Below are positions 1-8,662 of a DNA stretch of 28,078 bases, piece by piece; within the stretch, counting starts at the first letter, position 1; every line of letters begins with the position of its first letter. The position numbers and the translations under genes were made by a program. Below the pieces are notes generated by a model that did not search any database, was not told the origin of the DNA, and saw only the letters and a list, made by a program, of their open reading frames with translations. The stretch comes from a virus (lineage: Duplodnaviria > Caudoviricetes): the IMG/VR virus record IMGVR_UViG_3300022178_001099, positions 1-28,078 of that record. The stretch is one strand, 5' to 3'.

Positions 1-223
1 TTGCAGTTTGACCCTGCGCACCCCAAAGCCAACCCATGTCTCCCGAAATTCTACCCAGCTTGACCCAACTACTCCAAGTCCACGTTTTTTGATTACTAGC
101 AGACGCAGGGGTTCTGGTTAAATACTGAGCATCGTCATCATTAAACTTCAACGACTGGTCAAGCAAATGCTTGTAAAAGCCTGTGCTTACTTCGCCTGAA
201 CCTGCTGCTTTGATTAAAGACAT
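1..223 (-). CDS. Tail fibre/receptor-binding protein with LamG/ConA-like lectin domain (N-terminal part, runs off the window)
   Basis: Translated by hand from ATG at 223: MSLIKAAGSGEVSTGFYKHLLDQSLKFNDDDAQYLTRTPASASNQKTWTWSSWVKLG. The SLKFN...YLTRTP...KTWTWSxWVK pattern is typical of marine phage LamG-like fibres. It follows a tail fibre gene. Confidence 0.75.
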   Translation of the reverse strand, partial: MSLIKAAGSGEVSTGFYKHLLDQSLKFNDDDAQYLTRTPASASNQKTWTWSSWVKLGRISGDMGWLWGAQGQTA

Positions 224-232
224 TCGTATTCC

Positions 233-2626
233 CTAAGTTAAAATAGCTGAACCGCTGACTAGGATGGAATCGTTCCCAGATGCTGCGCTACAATAATAAG
301 CAAGATGGTATGTGCCGCTGGCTGAGATGGCTGTTAGTACATCAGCGTTGATGGCTACTGAGGCGTGGGCTGATATTGTGTGGTTACTACCATTGATAAA
401 CATTATGTTTCCTGATTGACCTGCCGCTGGATTTGTAAAGGTCAGGGTGAGGTTCCCGGCAGTGGTACACTTAAAGTCGTTGCCTACCGCCAAGTCAAAG
501 CTGCCATCGTTGTCAGTGGTTACATGACCAACTGCTCTTCCGCTAACTGCCACATCATCATTCATAGTGAATATGGTTGTGCCTGTTGCAATCGAAGCTA
601 CTGTAGCATCTGCGTCGTTCTTGATTGTAACGTCTGTAGAGGAACCTTGTCCTGTTAGGATAAGTCCTTCAGCAGAAGTGTAGCCTATAGCAGCGTTGTC
701 CCCTGCAGCAGTATCTGCACTAGGTTCAAACGTGGTTGCAGCCATCATTAGGTTACAAGTCAGGCTTGTATCAGCAGCGTGTGTGAGTGTGACATCGCTA
801 TCTGCACCAAACTTTAGTACGGCACTGTCTGATAACAACATGACATCATCACCAAACACCGCATCCTTAACAACAGACAAACCACCGTCAGTCTGTAGGG
901 AACCATCAGTTGTGCTTGTTGCTTCAGTCGCATCGTCTGTCTTCAGGATACCACTAAATGTTCCTGTTGTTGCAGAAAGAGTGCTTGCGCCTACGATTGT
1001 GCCACTAACATCCAAGTTACCGTTTACGTCAATCAGGGTTGAGTTCAACTCAATTTCATCGTCAGCGTTGATATCCAAGTCACCATCAGCCGGAGAGCCA
1101 ATGTTAATTGCAGAGTCACGGAACTGAATTACACTTGCTGCATTTAGTAACAACCCGGTATCAGCAACGTGGGTCAGGGTTACGTCTTGGTCGTTACCAA
1201 ATTGTACGGTACTCGCATCCGCAAGGAACAGGTCACTGAACTCAGCAGATGCAGTTCCAAGAGTTGCCCCATCCGCACTAGCAGGAACAATGGATGTACC
1301 TACAGTAGCTGTATTTAGGACGGGGCTGGTGAGTGTCTTGTTTGTCAGGGTATCTGTTGATACAAGGGAAACAAGGGTTGAACTACTTCCTGCTGGGAGT
1401 AACATGGTGTTTGTTACAGCAGCAGAATGAGGTTGTGACGCTACTGTTTGACCATGACTGTTACTTTCACAATTAAATACGATTCTACCTGAGTTGGTGT
1501 TTCCTCGCACAACCACTGTGCCTGTGCCATTAGGAGCCAAGTCAATTGTGGCGTTGGATGTCGTAACGATATCCGCACCGTTCATGTCGAGGTTGCCACC
1601 TAGCTGGGGAGACGTATCCTCAACTACGTTAGATATAGCCCCGGATGTTGCAAGACCTGCAACTATAGTGCTTCTTGAAATCTTCTTTAGTCCACCCCCT
1701 GATGTATCTACAGCGAGGAATACGTCATCATTCGCTACTGTGGATATTTCAGAAAGGTCGCCAACTGCCTTTTCTTCAAAGCTGGTGCCGTCTGCAACAA
1801 GAATTTTACTAGCAGTATTATCTGGCATACGTAGTTGTGCGCCAAGAGTAAGGTTGCCAGACAGTTCAGCCGCACCGTTAATGTCGATTGTGGTAGCGTT
1901 GATTTCTATTTCAGTGTCAGAAACAAGGTCGAGGACACCATCGGCTGACTGATGTATGTATGTGCCACTATCACCAAACTGTAACTGTCGTGTTGAGTTC
2001 AGAAGGATGCCTGTGTCAGCAACGTGAGTAAGAGTCGTATCTTGGTCTGCGCCTAAGTTGATTACGGCTGCATCAGCAAGAAACAAGTCGCTAAACTCTA
2101 GGGATGATGTACCTAGTGCGGCACCATCACTTGCGTCGGGAACAAACGCTGTACCCGCCGATATTGTGCTGGCTCCAACAACAGTCCCGCTAACATCTAG
2201 GTTACCGTTTACATCAATAGTTGTGGCTGCAATCTGTATTTCTGTGTCAGCTACAAGGTCGAGTTGCCCATCTGTGCTTGAGTTGATGTATATTGCAGTA
2301 TCACGGAACTGTATCTTTTCTGTGGTGGACATAAGTATGTCGTCAGAGAATTGGAAGTAATCCTCATCTTCCATCCATGTGAGAACGCCGTCACTGGTGT
2401 TACCGTCGAAAGTAACTGCAATGTCGGTGTCTGCACCTGTTCCAAAAGTGATGGTGTTACTTGCCAGAGCAGAGATTGGTCCCCCCTCTCCAGCAGTTCC
2501 ATCGTGCGTGTGGCCCGTGCTTGCAGCAAATGCCGCAAGTAGTTGGTTAAACTCGTCGTTGGTATCTGCAGCGGAAATTGTATCGCCGTCAGCATACGTG
2601 GACTGTCGTGTATAGGTTGCGCCCAT
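233..2626 (-). CDS. Tail fibre protein (797 aa) with internal repeats
   Basis: Acidic and rich in T/G/D/S. N-terminal anchor EFNQL..AF....GHTHDGT; marine-phage DTSPQLGGNLD motif; repeated EFSDLFLAD...D.TLTHVADTG and IDVNGNLDVSG units. Lies downstream of the nozzle gene. Confidence 0.8.
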   Translation of the reverse strand: MGATYTRQSTYADGDTISAADTNDEFNQLLAAFAASTGHTHDGTAGEGGPISALASNTITFGTGADTDIAVTFDGNTSDGVLTWMEDEDYFQFSDDILMSTTEKIQFRDTAIYINSSTDGQLDLVADTEIQIAATTIDVNGNLDVSGTVVGASTISAGTAFVPDASDGAALGTSSLEFSDLFLADAAVINLGADQDTTLTHVADTGILLNSTRQLQFGDSGTYIHQSADGVLDLVSDTEIEINATTIDINGAAELSGNLTLGAQLRMPDNTASKILVADGTSFEEKAVGDLSEISTVANDDVFLAVDTSGGGLKKISRSTIVAGLATSGAISNVVEDTSPQLGGNLDMNGADIVTTSNATIDLAPNGTGTVVVRGNTNSGRIVFNCESNSHGQTVASQPHSAAVTNTMLLPAGSSSTLVSLVSTDTLTNKTLTSPVLNTATVGTSIVPASADGATLGTASAEFSDLFLADASTVQFGNDQDVTLTHVADTGLLLNAASVIQFRDSAINIGSPADGDLDINADDEIELNSTLIDVNGNLDVSGTIVGASTLSATTGTFSGILKTDDATEATSTTDGSLQTDGGLSVVKDAVFGDDVMLLSDSAVLKFGADSDVTLTHAADTSLTCNLMMAATTFEPSADTAAGDNAAIGYTSAEGLILTGQGSSTDVTIKNDADATVASIATGTTIFTMNDDVAVSGRAVGHVTTDNDGSFDLAVGNDFKCTTAGNLTLTFTNPAAGQSGNIMFINGSNHTISAHASVAINADVLTAISASGTYHLAYYCSAASGNDSILVSGSAILT

Positions 2627-4357
2627 TTACCTTCTTGCTCCCACCTGAAATTCTAATTGAAACCCTTTTAGGGTGTATGGGGCAGTAGCGGTTGCCCCGT
2701 CTTCTACTCGTAATGCTACAGCAAATCCTGAACCTTCTACTGCTTTACGAACAATAGGCTGTGACGGTCCACCGTACACTGCGTTTCCATAAGTCGAACT
2801 GCCGTATGTACCCGCAACATTTGTACTGTCTAGGGGGTACGGTGCAGGGCGAATAGAGTTACTCGATTCGTAGTCATATCTTACAAACAAGTCTGCGTCT
2901 AGGGTTGACTCTGGTGCGTAGTTGATATTAACCCGCTGCATGTGTTTGCGAACTCCGGGGTCACCCATACTCAAGTCAGGACTTCTGTACTTGGCATTTA
3001 TTAAAGTACCGTCAAAAGTGTTACCCCGTTCTTGCCTGTATACAAAACCATCGAAGCCACCATGTATGGCTACCACATCTCCAGCTTCAACGACCGTATC
3101 CGCACAAGCAGGGCGAATACCCTTCATAGTCGAAAACTCAAATGCCTGTCCCTTCATAACACAGATAGCCCCTAGTGAAGATGTCTGTGCCTGTCCCTCT
3201 TTTGAGAAGAATATACGGTACTGGGTTTTGTCGGGTATGACTAGGGAAACAAACGCTTCCGCATTAGTCAGGTTATCCCTGAACAACTGCTGAACATTGG
3301 TGCTTATGGTACCCAACTCAACGTCACCAATACGGGCTGTACCAGCAACAGTACGCAAGCCATCCGGCCCCAAGAACACCAAGTCACCAGCAAATTCCAA
3401 GATGGTAAAACCGTTTACACATCCGATGTTTCTAGTAACAGGAACAATTGCAAAGTCACTGAGCGAACTGCCGCCCAACTTAAATATTCTGTTCTCACAG
3501 AAGATAAACAAGTCACCCCGGAAAGCCCTCAAGCCAACAATCGTGTCGTCAACCTTAATACTTCCGGCACCCTGCCCTGAAACAAACGCATCCTCATCGA
3601 AGGGTTCGCTAAAGACTATCTCTTGGGGTGTAGCAGACATGCCGGAGTAGAACATGTGGTTCTTAAAAGCAGCAATGTGTTTTGCACCAGCTACCGCACT
3701 GTTGCTTACATCTGTTGCAGTAAGGGACGTATTGAATATCGTAGGAGCGTTAGTCTGGTCAACGACTATGATTTTTTCGTTGCCGTCAAAGTTGTATCGC
3801 TCAAAATTGTAACGGGCTGCGTTTGTTCTTCCGGTGTCTCTCACAGTCCAAGTTTCAGAAACAACATCATCGACTGCGTGTGCTGCAGCGGTAGTGCTGC
3901 TCGTTGCCCTTGTTACACCTGTCAGGGTCAACGCAGTCTTACCTGTGTAGGTAAATATTTCAGAATTTATCTGGACAGTGCCGCTGGAGCTAAACCCGTC
4001 AGTGCTGTCAAGGTTTAATGTTCCAGCCCCTGTCATGGCTGTAGCTGAAGCAATACCCTGTGATAACTCACTAGATGCAGAACTAAATATCTTTTCGCCT
4101 CGTGCAGCCAATACAAAGTTGTTGAACTGCGTAGACATTAAGACAGCTTCACCAGACGAGTTTGTTTCAGGTACAATCTGATTTACAAAGGGACGAAACC
4201 CCAACATCCTTTTGTACCCGCCACCAACGTCAGGCTCAAAGTTTTCCAACTCAAGAGCTTGTCCCGGCTGCATAATAAAGGTAGACCTGTTTAATATCAA
4301 GCCACCCTCGCAGTTGAAAGAAAGGGGGCTAACCCCTTGGAGTTCTAAATCCGGCAT
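2627..4357 (-). CDS. Tail nozzle / tail tubular protein B-like (P22 gp10/T7 gp12-like beta-propeller)
   Basis: 576 aa; beta-propeller-like segments (IGCV...I.E..GDLVFLGPDGLR); position between the adaptor and fibre genes. Confidence 0.7.
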   Translation of the reverse strand: MPDLELQGVSPLSFNCEGGLILNRSTFIMQPGQALELENFEPDVGGGYKRMLGFRPFVNQIVPETNSSGEAVLMSTQFNNFVLAARGEKIFSSASSELSQGIASATAMTGAGTLNLDSTDGFSSSGTVQINSEIFTYTGKTALTLTGVTRATSSTTAAAHAVDDVVSETWTVRDTGRTNAARYNFERYNFDGNEKIIVVDQTNAPTIFNTSLTATDVSNSAVAGAKHIAAFKNHMFYSGMSATPQEIVFSEPFDEDAFVSGQGAGSIKVDDTIVGLRAFRGDLFIFCENRIFKLGGSSLSDFAIVPVTRNIGCVNGFTILEFAGDLVFLGPDGLRTVAGTARIGDVELGTISTNVQQLFRDNLTNAEAFVSLVIPDKTQYRIFFSKEGQAQTSSLGAICVMKGQAFEFSTMKGIRPACADTVVEAGDVVAIHGGFDGFVYRQERGNTFDGTLINAKYRSPDLSMGDPGVRKHMQRVNINYAPESTLDADLFVRYDYESSNSIRPAPYPLDSTNVAGTYGSSTYGNAVYGGPSQPIVRKAVEGSGFAVALRVEDGATATAPYTLKGFQLEFQVGARR

Positions 4358-4358
4358 A

Positions 4359-5423
4359 TTAAACTGCTCTCATGTAATCTTTTCTGTTTAGTAATTCTAC
4401 CTTCATACGTTTTAAGCCATCTTCATATTCCTTCATAGCAAACTGTGCCGTCTGAGTATCGGAACGAAACATGTAGGTATAGTATTTTGCACGGGCATTA
4501 ATAACGGGTTCGAAACGCTCCGGTACAATTGATGTGTCTGTAGCACCCGACAAAGCAGATGAAGAAACATAATAATCAAAAGTTAATGAACGGTTACTTG
4601 TGTCCGGTATAGGTGTCAATCCGATTTCATTATTGTAGCTGGTGTAAACAAACTCCGGGTCCCCAAACTTATCTACATCAGGACGAGAGTCTCTCTCTCT
4701 ATATCGTTCGTTGTATTCCTCATAAGACAAATACTTTAACTGTATAGGTGTTATGTTTTCACTCAATTCAACTAACTTGACAAAGGCTGCGCTTCCGGCT
4801 GCTTCTGTAAAGCTTACAAAATGACTTGTAGCCGTAGCTGTGAATATAGTTTCGGTAAGAAGAACCTCGTTACCACTACTGATTGTCAGGGTAGAAGATT
4901 TAGTTTGCGAACCACCAGAACTCGTTCCTATTTCCAAAGTTAGCGTTGCGCCACTTGTCTGTGTTAAGACTGTGTAAGACCTGCCTACAATTAAATCATT
5001 AACTTGTTGAGTTGCCTCTGCGTTAGTCAGTAATAGAGTGTTACCAAACTTAGAACTCGCTGCAGGAGAACCACTCACTGTAGTCCAGCCTGTTATACTA
5101 GCCGCTCCCGCAACCTCGTAGGTTCCGTTGGTTATGTAGTTCTTAGGCTTTAGTATCATGTTATCGTAGTCTACGTACTTTAGTGTAGACGCAATCGAAG
5201 CGTAGCTGTACAACGATTTACCTGCAATAACGTCAACAGACCCTTCAGCGTGAGTAAAGGGCCAGTTTAATTCAGAGTTTAGTATGTCAGAGATAGAACG
5301 GTTGATGTAATCTTTTACAGTTGTCTGCACACCACGAGAAGTAGCAAACGTAGAACTGGTAAGCTCAACTTCGTTCATGTCCCGAAGAACATTGTTTACT
5401 AACACAAGATAACTACTAGCCAT
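4359..5423 (-). CDS. Head-tail adaptor / tail tubular protein A-like with inserted beta-sandwich domain
   Basis: N-terminus YLxLVNxVLRxMNEVEL...INRSI.DI...E..WPF and C-terminal LTPIPD...FDYY...VPERFEPVI are typical of podovirus adaptor proteins. Confidence 0.7.
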   Translation of the reverse strand: MASSYLVLVNNVLRDMNEVELTSSTFATSRGVQTTVKDYINRSISDILNSELNWPFTHAEGSVDVIAGKSLYSYASIASTLKYVDYDNMILKPKNYITNGTYEVAGAASITGWTTVSGSPAASSKFGNTLLLTNAEATQQVNDLIVGRSYTVLTQTSGATLTLEIGTSSGGSQTKSSTLTISSGNEVLLTETIFTATATSHFVSFTEAAGSAAFVKLVELSENITPIQLKYLSYEEYNERYRERDSRPDVDKFGDPEFVYTSYNNEIGLTPIPDTSNRSLTFDYYVSSSALSGATDTSIVPERFEPVINARAKYYTYMFRSDTQTAQFAMKEYEDGLKRMKVELLNRKDYMRAV

Positions 5424-5568
5424 TTACCTTACTCTTCTTCTCTTTTAATTTGTAGTGCTTGACCCCACCGGGTAAAGTACGTATAAGCTTTAAGTCTTCG
5501 CTTTTGTATACAGGGGGGAACTTTGTCCTTCTTAAATAAACTGGCTTTAAGAACTGGTGAGGTATCAC
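5416..5568 (-). CDS. Small basic hypothetical protein (50 aa)
   Basis: GTG start overlaps the previous stop (GTGA); MIPHQFLKPVYLRRTKFPPVYKSEDLKLIRTLPGGVKHYKLKEKKSKVNG; fills the gap before the adaptor gene. Confidence 0.45.
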   Translation of the reverse strand: MIPHQFLKPVYLRRTKFPPVYKSEDLKLIRTLPGGVKHYKLKEKKSKVNG

Positions 5569-5675
5569 TTTTTATTCCAGTTTAGGACTGTACGATGTTT
5601 TTTCCAAAACCAGTTGCCCACACGAGTAAAGGGCTTGCCACAATTTAGCAAACCCAGTGCAAGGTAACTAGTCAA
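5565..5675 (-). CDS. Small hypothetical protein (36 aa, TTG start)
   Basis: C-terminal part of track ORF 5565..5855 (TSYLALGLLNCGKPFTRVGNWFWKKHRTVLNWNKK); fills the gap with coupled overlaps. Confidence 0.35.
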   Translation of the reverse strand: MTSYLALGLLNCGKPFTRVGNWFWKKHRTVLNWNKK

Positions 5676-5892
5676 ACAGGGACGGATACCCCTCGTCTGT
5701 GATGTCATCCAAAGCTTGAAGCCTACTGTTAGCTTCTTCCCAGCTTCCAATAGCTTTGTCCATTTCTTCAAGAAGGTCAGGATGCTCCCCAATAGCTGCT
5801 GGATTTTGGAAGTAATTTGTGAGAGTATATTTTGCACTTTTTTTCTGTGCCTCATATCTGTAACGCAGTGCGTCTATTGCAAGTTGTTTCAT
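5668..5892 (-). CDS. Conserved phage hypothetical helical protein (74 aa)
   Basis: RBS GAAGGGA and own promoter; YFQNPAAIGEHPDLLEEMDK motif is common in marine phages. Confidence 0.75.
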   Translation of the reverse strand: MKQLAIDALRYRYEAQKKSAKYTLTNYFQNPAAIGEHPDLLEEMDKAIGSWEEANSRLQALDDITDEGYPSLFD

Positions 5893-5910
5893 AGTATTCC
5901 CTTCAAAAGT

Positions 5911-5939
5911 ATTATATACTGATTTTGAAGTTTAGTCAA
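5911..5939 (-). promoter_or_regulatory. sigma70-type promoter TTGACT-N17-TATAAT overlapped by an inverted repeat
   Basis: -35 at 5934-5939, -10 at 5911-5916, 17 nt spacer, upstream of ATG 5892. Confidence 0.8.
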
Positions 5940-5943
5940 GAAT

Positions 5944-6438
5944 TTAATTGATAAAGGCAGATGCGGTAGAAACCATCAACGCTATCAAGAGTCCAATACC
6001 GATTGCAAAAACCATCACTATCAGAGCCGCTACCTTGATGTTTTCCATTATTTCTTCTTGTCGTAGGATTTCTGCTTTTCGGGCTGCAGCAGCAGCTTCC
6101 TTTGCGGCCTTGATACGATTGGCCCGTTCAGTAACGATACCCTTCCAAGTTCCCGGCCCGAACCGCATGTCAACCATCGTGGCTACTTCTTGGAGTTTTT
6201 CTGCAGCGATACGTGCATCAATGACTTCACGGGCAACAGTGTCTACACCAAACTGGTCACCAATACCTACGTTACCCGCTTTTTTGTTGCGAACTTGCTG
6301 TACCTGCTTTTCGCCCTCGAACAGATTATCTATGTAACCTGCTATGTCCCCGATGTCGTTGGCGGTTCCTATTGCAGATTTGATACCATCTACGGCACTC
6401 TTCACAAGGGCTATACCCGCGAGTGTTTCTGCAATCAT
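5944..6438 (-). CDS. Hypothetical protein with coiled coil and C-terminal transmembrane helix
   Basis: 164 aa; RBS AGGA; hydrophobic C-terminus VAALIVMVFAIGIGLLIALMV. Confidence 0.75.
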   Translation of the reverse strand: MIAETLAGIALVKSAVDGIKSAIGTANDIGDIAGYIDNLFEGEKQVQQVRNKKAGNVGIGDQFGVDTVAREVIDARIAAEKLQEVATMVDMRFGPGTWKGIVTERANRIKAAKEAAAAARKAEILRQEEIMENIKVAALIVMVFAIGIGLLIALMVSTASAFIN

Positions 6439-6447
6439 GGTTGGTTC

Positions 6448-6627
6448 CTACTTTGGTTGGGGTCTACATACTGCGGTTATCTTTTGTCTTTTACCCCCAC
6501 TTGCTGGAACAGACTGTTGTCGCGACAATCTTTGAGCAAAGTATAGGCATCTATCCATGTCTACGAACTGTTGTGTGCGGTCTATTATATTTGCACCCAA
6601 GTACACGTATAGCACAAACACAATCAT
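6448..6627 (-). CDS. Small two-Cys protein with hydrophobic N-terminus (59 aa)
   Basis: Translated by hand: MIVFVLYVYLGANIIDRTQQFVDMDRCLYFAQRLSRQQSVPASGGKRQKITAVCRPQPK; ATGA overlap with the upstream ORF. Confidence 0.65.
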   Translation of the reverse strand: MIVFVLYVYLGANIIDRTQQFVDMDRCLYFAQRLSRQQSVPASGGKRQKITAVCRPQPK

Positions 6628-6782
6628 TCTATCTCTTTATCCATTCCAACGCAGAAGCAATTCTCATCCGGGTTGTAAAACCCGTGTTCGGTTACAGCTA
6701 CGTGACAGTGAGAAAGCCATTTGTGAGTAGAGTGTACAGCAGCTTTTACCTCAACAGGGCTAACTGCAATAAGACAAAACAT
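6624..6782 (-). CDS. Small His/Cys-rich protein (52 aa)
   Basis: Translated by hand: MFCLIAVSPVEVKAAVHSTHKWLSHCHVAVTEHGFYNPDENCFCVGMDKEIE; starts 2 nt after the oxygenase stop. Confidence 0.6.
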   Translation of the reverse strand: MFCLIAVSPVEVKAAVHSTHKWLSHCHVAVTEHGFYNPDENCFCVGMDKEIE

Positions 6783-6784
6783 AA

Positions 6785-7858
6785 CTACGCCACTAATTGC
6801 CAAGACTTACTCGCATCCAAGCCCATCCATTTGCTCCACTCTGCGTAGTAGTGGCGCATACCAACTTCGTCGTGAATGGTACTGTTCTCGTGCCGCCCGT
6901 GCAGGATGTTGCGAGGTTCGGTTCCCTCACGCATTGTTGTACCCTGACCTGCTACGCCTATGAGGTCTTCGTGTAGGTTACGCCCAAACGGACCCCAGAT
7001 AGAATTGTGGTGCTTGATACGAGTCTGCCGTTCCTCTGGGGTATCTTTTTTAAGACCGTAGCCGCGAAACTCAATAAGAACCTTGTTTGGCCCAAGAGGT
7101 GTAACGCTATCACTTCGGTAAGCACTACCGCGCAGGTTAAAATTAAATCCGGGGAACAGGTCAACCATGTACCACTGATTGGGTGGCAGGTTAGGGAAAC
7201 TAAGCTCTCCTCTATCCTCAAAGCCGTCGTACTCCTCGTAGTTAACGGTGAAGCTGCTAACATTAACATGTCCGTTATCGAATGGTATGTTCTTTCTAGC
7301 AAAGTATTCATCGTTAAACCCTGACACACGATTAAAGTAGTGCATAAAATCGTGGTAGAACTCGCTGTTGGTATCGTGCCACAGCTTGTAGTTTGTATCT
7401 ATTACTGCCTTGTGGTAGTGAAAGACTTCCATTTCTTCAGTGTCGATAGCATCCGCAATACAGTCAAATGCACCGCCTGTCCACTCGTCTACACTTTGCG
7501 TTGGGTTAGGGTCTAGGGTAACCCAGACCATGCCGCCATGTTTTACTTCACAGTGTAGCTGTGGTTCAACTGTTACGATTGGTGCAGCTACAGTACCCGA
7601 AGGTGAATTAAATCCGTAGTTACGGTATGCCCTAACACCATCTTTGGTATTAACTGCAATTACATTTTGTCTAGCAATTTGTGTGGTCCTGTAGTTACCC
7701 TCATTGTACATCTCAGAGATGTGGCACATAGGAACCCACACCTTAGAGAAGATGTTTTCTTGTTCCTGCTTGTAGATGTCGTGACTAGAGTAGATTGAAG
7801 AACTGATGTGTTCTACTTTGGGAGTCTTAGTCCAGTCTCTATGATTACGTGGTGGCAC
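6785..7858 (-). CDS. msmA: Ring-hydroxylating (Rieske-family) oxygenase alpha subunit, MsmA (methanesulfonate monooxygenase)-like, lacking Rieske 2Fe-2S ligands; auxiliary metabolic gene
   Basis: N-terminal Y...IY..E.E.IFSKVW...CH.SE...G.Y; mononuclear-Fe motif NYKLWHDTNSEFYHDFMH and later EDL; C-terminal E.GMRHYY..W. No CxH...CxxH. The oxygenase family is secure; MsmA identity is from recollection of the family. Confidence 0.75.
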   Translation of the reverse strand: MPPRNHRDWTKTPKVEHISSSIYSSHDIYKQEQENIFSKVWVPMCHISEMYNEGNYRTTQIARQNVIAVNTKDGVRAYRNYGFNSPSGTVAAPIVTVEPQLHCEVKHGGMVWVTLDPNPTQSVDEWTGGAFDCIADAIDTEEMEVFHYHKAVIDTNYKLWHDTNSEFYHDFMHYFNRVSGFNDEYFARKNIPFDNGHVNVSSFTVNYEEYDGFEDRGELSFPNLPPNQWYMVDLFPGFNFNLRGSAYRSDSVTPLGPNKVLIEFRGYGLKKDTPEERQTRIKHHNSIWGPFGRNLHEDLIGVAGQGTTMREGTEPRNILHGRHENSTIHDEVGMRHYYAEWSKWMGLDASKSWQLVA

Positions 7859-8067
7859 TAATCAAATAATCCTTTTACAATTGACATACCTTCTTCGGCA
7901 TACTTTTCTATAGTAGACTTCTCTGCACTATCCGCAGCTTTACGACTAAATGTCTGCTTGCGTATGGAATCTTTTTTTGTCACGGGACTCCAAGTTTTAC
8001 TTGTTATAGTACCTTGTTTATTACGGTACACAATATAATTGCCTTCTTGTTTTCCGTATGTAGACAT
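7858..8067 (-). CDS. Small hypothetical protein (69 aa) with RKAAxSAEK motif
   Basis: Coupled to both neighbours (TAATG and TAGTG overlaps); RBS GGGGGAG. Confidence 0.65.
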   Translation of the reverse strand: MSTYGKQEGNYIVYRNKQGTITSKTWSPVTKKDSIRKQTFSRKAADSAEKSTIEKYAEEGMSIVKGLFD

Positions 8068-8552
8068 TAAAACTCCCCCGCTCTCATCGCGTCCGAAAGT
8101 TTAACGGCCCTCGAACCCACTTGCTTCGCCCATCTGGAATCCAACATTTCGATAGATGCTATCTCGTAGTTACCGTCGTGGATTGCACCCCACATGTTTT
8201 TAAATTTACACAAGCGGGGAACTCCCATATTAAATGCCATGTCCATCAGTATCAACTGTCTTACACTATCTAAGTCTTCAACGCAAGGATGAACTCGACA
8301 CAGTTCGTTTTCGACTATGCGGATGTCGTTCATGGCAAGGTAACGAGCGTCGGCTTCGGTAATACCGTGTTCGTAGACCACATCCATGCTAGGAATGTCC
8401 ATGTAGTCTAGCTCTTCTTTGGTAATGCCTCTGTCTTTAAGGTTGCGACCAATGCCGATAGTTTCGATGCCCAGACTGTCTTCATACACAGTAAGCACCA
8501 TACCCTCATGGTGAATTAGTTTATCTAGGAAATGTTCTGTTCTGTATTTCAT
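8067..8552 (-). CDS. Endolysin, T4-lysozyme-like (GH24)
   Basis: Catalytic E-x8-D-x5-T in HEGMVLTVYEDSLGIETIGIG; MAFNMG...F..M...EMLDSRWAKQVG.RA..L C-terminal motif. Confidence 0.92.
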   Translation of the reverse strand: MKYRTEHFLDKLIHHEGMVLTVYEDSLGIETIGIGRNLKDRGITKEELDYMDIPSMDVVYEHGITEADARYLAMNDIRIVENELCRVHPCVEDLDSVRQLILMDMAFNMGVPRLCKFKNMWGAIHDGNYEIASIEMLDSRWAKQVGSRAVKLSDAMRAGEF

Positions 8553-8662
8553 TTGGCTTTACCCCAGTTAGTTATTTCTTCGATGGTTCGTCCACACCCG
8601 ATACACTTAACTCTTTCCTTATCCAATACACAAATTCCTTTGCACGGACTCTTCTTAGTCAT
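8549..8662 (-). CDS. DUF1289-like 4-Cys mini-protein (37 aa), predicted Fe-S/metal binding
   Basis: Translated by hand: MTKKSPCKGICVLDKERVKCIGCGRTIEEITNWGKAK matches SPCxxxC...CxGCxRTxxEIxxW; overlaps both neighbours. Confidence 0.8.
   Translation of the reverse strand: MTKKSPCKGICVLDKERVKCIGCGRTIEEITNWGKAK

Noticed and set aside
233-2626. Diversity-generating retroelement TR/VR pair in the fibre repeats
   Set aside because: The repeats differ at all base types, mostly at synonymous sites, and no reverse transcriptase is present.
5565-5855. 96-aa track ORF at full length
   Set aside because: Its 5' two-thirds overlap the better-supported 5668..5892 gene; only the last 36 codons were kept, at low confidence.
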